From Kiritimatiellia bacterium (lineage in GTDB: Bacteria; Verrucomicrobiota; Kiritimatiellia; SLAD01), in the NCBI GenBank assembly GCA_007134735.1, contig SLKG01000082.1:2731-66730 (forward strand): a stretch of DNA of 64,000 nucleotides, written 5' to 3'. The notes under the pieces were generated by a model. The model did not search any database, was not told the DNA's origin, and saw only the letters and a list, made by a program, of their open reading frames with translations. A program made the position numbers and the translations under genes. Below are positions 59,355-64,000 of the stretch, piece after piece (the stretch's first letter is position 1; each line of letters begins with the position of its first letter).

Positions 59355-61835
59355 ATGTACAATCCCAACGAGCGAATTGAGCCGGTCAATATTGAAGACG
59401 AAATGCAGCGCGCGTACATCGATTACTCGATGAGCGTAATTGTGGGGCGCGCCCTTCCGGACGCGCGCGACGGCTTGAAGCCCGGCAATCGGCGCATTTT
59501 ATACGCCATGCACGAGCGCGGCTGGACGCACAACAAACCGTTTGTAAAATGCGCCAAGGTCGTCGGCGAAGTCATCGGTAATTTTCATCCGCACGGCGAT
59601 GCCGCCGTGTACGACACCATGGTTCGCATGGCCCAGGACTTTTCCATGCGGTATCCCCTCATCCACGGTCAGGGCAATTTCGGCAGTGTTGACGGCGATC
59701 CGCCCGCAGCCTATCGCTACACGGAATGCCGCCTCAACCGCATGGCCGGGGAAATGCTGGCCGATATAGATAAACGGACGGTTGATACGCGCGCCAATTT
59801 TGATGAAACCCTGCAGGAACCCGTTGTGCTGCCGGCCCGCCTGCCCAACCTGCTGGCTAACGGGAGCACCGGGATCGCGGTGGGAATGGCTACCAATATC
59901 CCGCCGCACAACCTGGGGGAGTTGACGGACGCGTTGATTCACTTGATCGATCACCCCGAGGCCTCCATAGCGGATCTGATGCAGTACGTCAAGGGACCCG
60001 ATTTTCCGACCGGCGGCGTGGTCTGCGGACTGGCCCCCATTAAGAGCATGTATGAAACCGGCCGCGGCCTGATCAAGTTGCGGGGAAAGGCCGGCATTGA
60101 GTCGGATCGTCACGGCAAGGAAAATATCGTCATCACGGAAATTCCTTATGCGCTCAACAAATCCTCTCTTATCGAGAAGATCGCGCACCTGGTACAGGAG
60201 AAGAAACTGGAGGGTATTTCGGATATCCGGGACGAATCGGACAAGGACGGCATCCGCATCGTGATCGAGTTGAAACGCGGAACGATCCCCCGCGTCTTAC
60301 TGAACAACCTTTTCAAGCAGACCCCGCTGGCGATGACGTTCGGGGCCATTCTGTTGGCCATCGACCGGGGCCAACCGCGCGTGATGAATCTCAAGCAGAT
60401 CATGCAGTGCTTTCTGCATCATCGCTTCGATGTGGTTACCCGCCGGGCCCGGTTCGACCTGGAAAAGGCCGAGGCGCGCGCGCATATCCTGGAAGGATTG
60501 AAAATCGCGCTCGACCATCTCGACGAAGTGGTCAAGACCATCCGGGGCGCGCGGGACCGTGACCAGGCGCGCGCGGATTTGATGAAACGGTTCGGCCTGA
60601 CCGAAATACAGGCGAACGCCATTCTGGATATGCGGTTGTATCAGCTGACCAATCTCGAGCGGGCCAAAATTGACGAGGAATACCTGGAAATCATCAAGCT
60701 GATCAACTATCTGCGGGATCTCCTGGCACAGGATCAAAAGATCTACGAGGTGATCAAGGAAGATTTAAAGGATCTGAAAAAAACGTATGCCGATGAGCGG
60801 CGAACGGAGATTACCCCGGACGAGGACGAGATTAACATTGAGGATCTTATCGCCGACCGCAGTTATGTCATCACGATCACCCATAGTGGTTACATCAAGC
60901 GGGTCCCCGTAAGCACCTATCGTAACCAACGGCGGGGCGGAAAGGGTGTGGTCGGCATGGGAATGCGGGATGAAGATTATGTGGAACATGTCTTCATGGC
61001 GTCCACGCACGATTACATCCTGTTTTTCACCGAACGGGGCCGTGTGTACTGGAAGAAGGTATACGAGATCCCGGAAGGCGCGCGCGCCACCAAGGGAAAG
61101 GCCATCGTAAACCTGCTGGAAATCAGCAATGATGAAAAAATCGCGGCCATGATCCGGGTCCGTGAATTCTCGGAAACCAACCACCTGGTCATGGCGACCG
61201 CGCGCGGCGTGGTCAAAAAGACCAACTTGTCGGCGTTCAAAAATCCCCGGGCGGGGGGCATCATCGGCATTGCCATTGATGAGAGTGACCGGTTGATCGG
61301 CGTGCGGTTGACGAACGGCGATGACGACCTGATGCTGATCACCCACAAGGGCATGAGCATTCGCTTCAACGAGAATCAACTGCGCGACCAGGGCCGCGCG
61401 ACCCGCGGTGTCCGGGGCATTACATTGGGCCGGGAAAACGACCAGGTGGAGAGCATTGAGGTCGTGGCTCCGGACGAACAAGCCTCGCTGCTCGTCATTA
61501 CGGAAAACGGGTACGGGAAACGGACACTTTTTTCCGAATACCCGGTTCAGCGGCGCGGCGGGAAGGGGGTCATTACGATCCGGGCCTCCGAGCGGAACGG
61601 TCCGGTGGTCGACGCCCATACCGTTCGTTTCAACGACCAGTTGATGTTGATCACGGAGTGGGGTCAGATGATTCGCATATCCGTCGGGGATATCCGCACC
61701 ATCAGCCGCAATACGCAGGGGGTGCGATTGATTACGCTGTCGGAAGAGGACAAGCTGGTATCGGCCACCCCGGTTGAGCCGGAAGGCGACGAATCGGAAT
61801 CGGGGGACGAGGAGGAAGCTCCGGAAGGGAGTTGA
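59355..61835 (+). CDS. gyrA: DNA gyrase subunit A
   Basis: 826 aa; [16 protein letters not shown], active-site Tyr region AAYRYTE (QRDR-like), six C-terminal pinwheel blades, acidic tail. Confidence 0.95.
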   Translation: MYNPNERIEPVNIEDEMQRAYIDYSMSVIVGRALPDARDGLKPGNRRILYAMHERGWTHNKPFVKCAKVVGEVIGNFHPHGDAAVYDTMVRMAQDFSMRYPLIHGQGNFGSVDGDPPAAYRYTECRLNRMAGEMLADIDKRTVDTRANFDETLQEPVVLPARLPNLLANGSTGIAVGMATNIPPHNLGELTDALIHLIDHPEASIADLMQYVKGPDFPTGGVVCGLAPIKSMYETGRGLIKLRGKAGIESDRHGKENIVITEIPYALNKSSLIEKIAHLVQEKKLEGISDIRDESDKDGIRIVIELKRGTIPRVLLNNLFKQTPLAMTFGAILLAIDRGQPRVMNLKQIMQCFLHHRFDVVTRRARFDLEKAEARAHILEGLKIALDHLDEVVKTIRGARDRDQARADLMKRFGLTEIQANAILDMRLYQLTNLERAKIDEEYLEIIKLINYLRDLLAQDQKIYEVIKEDLKDLKKTYADERRTEITPDEDEINIEDLIADRSYVITITHSGYIKRVPVSTYRNQRRGGKGVVGMGMRDEDYVEHVFMASTHDYILFFTERGRVYWKKVYEIPEGARATKGKAIVNLLEISNDEKIAAMIRVREFSETNHLVMATARGVVKKTNLSAFKNPRAGGIIGIAIDESDRLIGVRLTNGDDDLMLITHKGMSIRFNENQLRDQGRATRGVRGITLGRENDQVESIEVVAPDEQASLLVITENGYGKRTLFSEYPVQRRGGKGVITIRASERNGPVVDAHTVRFNDQLMLITEWGQMIRISVGDIRTISRNTQGVRLITLSEEDKLVSATPVEPEGDESESGDEEEAPEGS

Positions 61836-61872
61836 ATTTCCGCGGCGCCGGGTTTGGGCGCGGAACCGGTCG

Positions 61873-62295
61873 CTATGGTTTTTCCGGCCGCTCGGGCTTC
61901 GTTCCAGGATCCACTTGGCTGACGATTTCCTTCAGCAGTGTGTCATACCCCTTGCCCTTGGAAATCTCTTCTTCCATTTCATGAAACGCCGTGGTGGCGC
62001 CCTTGGGCTCGCTATCCGATTCGAACACCATGACTATGGAGCCGATTCGAATGCGGTCGCCGGGAGACAGTCGCGCCGAATCCACTTTTTCGTTGTTGAC
62101 GAATGTGCCGTTCTTGGAATTGAGATCCTTGATGGTGTACCCGTCGGGCTCCTTGCGGATACCGCTATGCAGGCGCGACGCCTTATCGTCCTCTATCACC
62201 AGGTCGGCCTTGGGGCTGCGACCGATGGTGATGGGGTGCTCGCCCAGCCGGAAAACGACGGGCTGCCCCGCGGGATTTGAATATCTCAAGCGCAT
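61873..62295 (-). CDS. FHA-domain protein
   Basis: 140 aa; FHA signature GR...DLVIED..ASRLHSGIRKEPDGYTIKDLNSKNGTFVN. Confidence 0.75.
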   Translation of the reverse strand: MRLRYSNPAGQPVVFRLGEHPITIGRSPKADLVIEDDKASRLHSGIRKEPDGYTIKDLNSKNGTFVNNEKVDSARLSPGDRIRIGSIVMVFESDSEPKGATTAFHEMEEEISKGKGYDTLLKEIVSQVDPGTKPERPEKP

Positions 62296-62352
62296 CGGTT
62301 CGCCTTTCTTCCGGTTGACAGCATACCTGATCGGACCACTCCGCGCAACGCC

Positions 62353-63321
62353 CTAAATTTCATTTTTTTCTACGAGCGCTTTAAAATAATCGATCGTCGC
62401 CTGCAGTCCTTCCTCCAGGCCGGTGCGGGGTTCCCAGCCCAGGAGTTCCCGGGCCTTGTCGATATTGGGCTGTCGGATTTTCGGGTCGTCTTCCGGAAGG
62501 GGTTTGTGTTCGATGCGGGACTCGCTCCCGCAGGCGCGAATGATGGTATGCGCAAAATCCATAACGCTCATTTCGGCGGGATTTCCGATATTGACCGGCT
62601 CGGCGCAGTCGCTCATGGCCAGCCGGTAGATGCCGTCAATCAGGTCCGCCACATAGCAGAAACTGCGTGTTTGCGAGCCGTCCCCGAATACCGAAACGGG
62701 TTCGCCTTTCAGTGCCTGCACGATGAAGGTCGGAACGACGCGTCCGTCGTGCGGCCTCATTCTCGGTCCGTACGTATTGAAGATGCGAACGATGCGGGTG
62801 GATAAATTGTGATAACGCTGATAGGCCATGGTCATGGCTTCCGCGAAACGTTTGGCTTCATCGTACACCCCGCGCGGGCCGATGGGATTGACATTTCCCC
62901 AATAGGTTTCCGCCTGGGGATGTTCTAGCGGGTCGCCATAGACTTCGGACGTGGAAGCAAGAAAAAAGCGGGCATTTTTTGCGCGCGCAAGGCCGAGCGT
63001 CTTATGCGTGCCGAGTGCGCCGACTTTAAGGGTTTGAATGGGCAATTCGAGATAATCGATCGGACTGGCCGGAGAGGCAAAATGAAACACATAGTCAATG
63101 GATCCGGGCAGGTAGATATATTCGGTCACATCGTGTTCGATAAAATGAAACTTCCTGTTCCCGGCCAGGTGTTCGATATTGGCCACATTTCCCGTAATCA
63201 GGTTATCCAACGCGATGACCTCGTGCCCATTTCCGAGAAGATAATCGGCCAGATGCGATCCCAGAAAGCCCGCGCCGCCGGTGATCACTGAAACCGGCGC
63301 TTCTTTATTGTTGGTTCCCAT
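62353..63321 (-). CDS. UDP-glucuronate decarboxylase (UDP-xylose synthase, SDR family)
   Basis: 322 aa; [11 protein letters not shown] Rossmann motif, catalytic YDEAK, UXS-typical RSFCYV..L and high collinearity with UXS1. Confidence 0.85.
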   Translation of the reverse strand: MGTNNKEAPVSVITGGAGFLGSHLADYLLGNGHEVIALDNLITGNVANIEHLAGNRKFHFIEHDVTEYIYLPGSIDYVFHFASPASPIDYLELPIQTLKVGALGTHKTLGLARAKNARFFLASTSEVYGDPLEHPQAETYWGNVNPIGPRGVYDEAKRFAEAMTMAYQRYHNLSTRIVRIFNTYGPRMRPHDGRVVPTFIVQALKGEPVSVFGDGSQTRSFCYVADLIDGIYRLAMSDCAEPVNIGNPAEMSVMDFAHTIIRACGSESRIEHKPLPEDDPKIRQPNIDKARELLGWEPRTGLEEGLQATIDYFKALVEKNEI

Positions 63322-63549
63322 AATGTCTTCTCCTTCTCAAACAAGCACAGCGTACCGGTGCGATATGGCGCGGACGGCTCGCCTCATCCGCCAATGTTCC
63401 CCGGTCTTGGGCCGGATCGGCATCCACCGCCGGCCCGCAACGATCGACACGATGACACAGGGGGGACGGTGTGTACACTGTAAATGGAGCGCACACCGGG
63501 AGTGCATGCGCTCGTTTCCGCGCGTGGTGAACGGGAATCCCGCAACGAC

Positions 63550-63972
63550 TCAATTCATGACCATTTCGGGATAGAACTCAGAGACAAACTGCCGGATTTG
63601 ATCCAGGTAGGTTTCGTCCTCGTGATCCACCCGCGCCCCGGACACCGCAATATAGGCCCAGCGGTGTGCCACCCGGTTGAAAATACTGTCGAACCCCATC
63701 CAAATCATGCGCTGAATGTGATGCGGCGTTTCCCGTCCTTTCCCGACAAACCAATAGGCATAATAGGTCAGAAATTCATGCGTGGTGTTGTTCGGCCCGG
63801 GAACGGTACGGCGAAGGGTGAGCACCATGACGTCGAGATCGTCCCGGCCTTCCAGGGGAATGGAGATCACACGGCTTCCCGTAATTCTCTGGTTTTGTCC
63901 CTGCAAACATACCTCGGGCCGGTGAATACTGGAGCGTTCGGCACCGCTCAATACAATGGATGCCAGCACCAC
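63550..63972 (-). CDS. EpsI-like (exosortase-associated) domain protein, tentative
   Basis: 140 aa; HRPEVCLQGQNQRI resembles the H.PE.CLPG.GW motif of EpsI-family proteins; next to window edge so context unseen. Confidence 0.3.
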   Translation of the reverse strand: MVLASIVLSGAERSSIHRPEVCLQGQNQRITGSRVISIPLEGRDDLDVMVLTLRRTVPGPNNTTHEFLTYYAYWFVGKGRETPHHIQRMIWMGFDSIFNRVAHRWAYIAVSGARVDHEDETYLDQIRQFVSEFYPEMVMN

Positions 63973-64000
63973 CTCTTGCGAGGGATGTTGATAGCGTTTC

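Overview
The window is a high-GC (about 60-65%) bacterial chromosomal segment. Most of it is origin-proximal-type housekeeping: mnmE-mnmG, gcvP, metF, hup, purB-purH, pckG, parB, efp-epmA with a tRNA-Gln, and gyrB-gyrA. Several accessory-looking loci sit among these genes. (1) Two giant secreted proteins, a 986-aa acidic W-rich protein and a 1373-aa GH57-family glycoside hydrolase, share a homologous ~70-aa C-terminal module. Each is preceded by tandem copies of a 13-mer, GGGGACAGGTACC; the same 13-mer is also inserted in-frame (always read as G-Q-V-P) in a BirA-like gene and in an XRE-family regulator gene. (2) Two perfect Pseudomonas-type parS palindromes (TGTTCCACGTGGAACA) are embedded in-frame inside mnmG, about 45 kb from an orphan parB. 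(3) An overlapping pair, a winged-helix protein plus a minimal AbiEii-like nucleotidyltransferase, sits next to a ~116-bp x 2.5 tandem array of long hairpins. (4) A 15-bp palindrome, TTCCAAnnnTTGGAA, recurs upstream of two redox enzymes. (5) Three dispersed REP-like hairpin families were found, each starting with GGAGGG or ATGTAGGGG. (6) Additional smaller items are a PIN/Phd-type toxin-antitoxin pair, tandem mgtE paralogs, an S8 protease with a secretin-N-like domain, a bacterial PUR-alpha-like protein, and an EpsI-like (exosortase-associated) fragment at the window edge. No CRISPR array, rRNA or obvious transposase was found. Product calls rest on motifs I recognised by eye, not on database searches.
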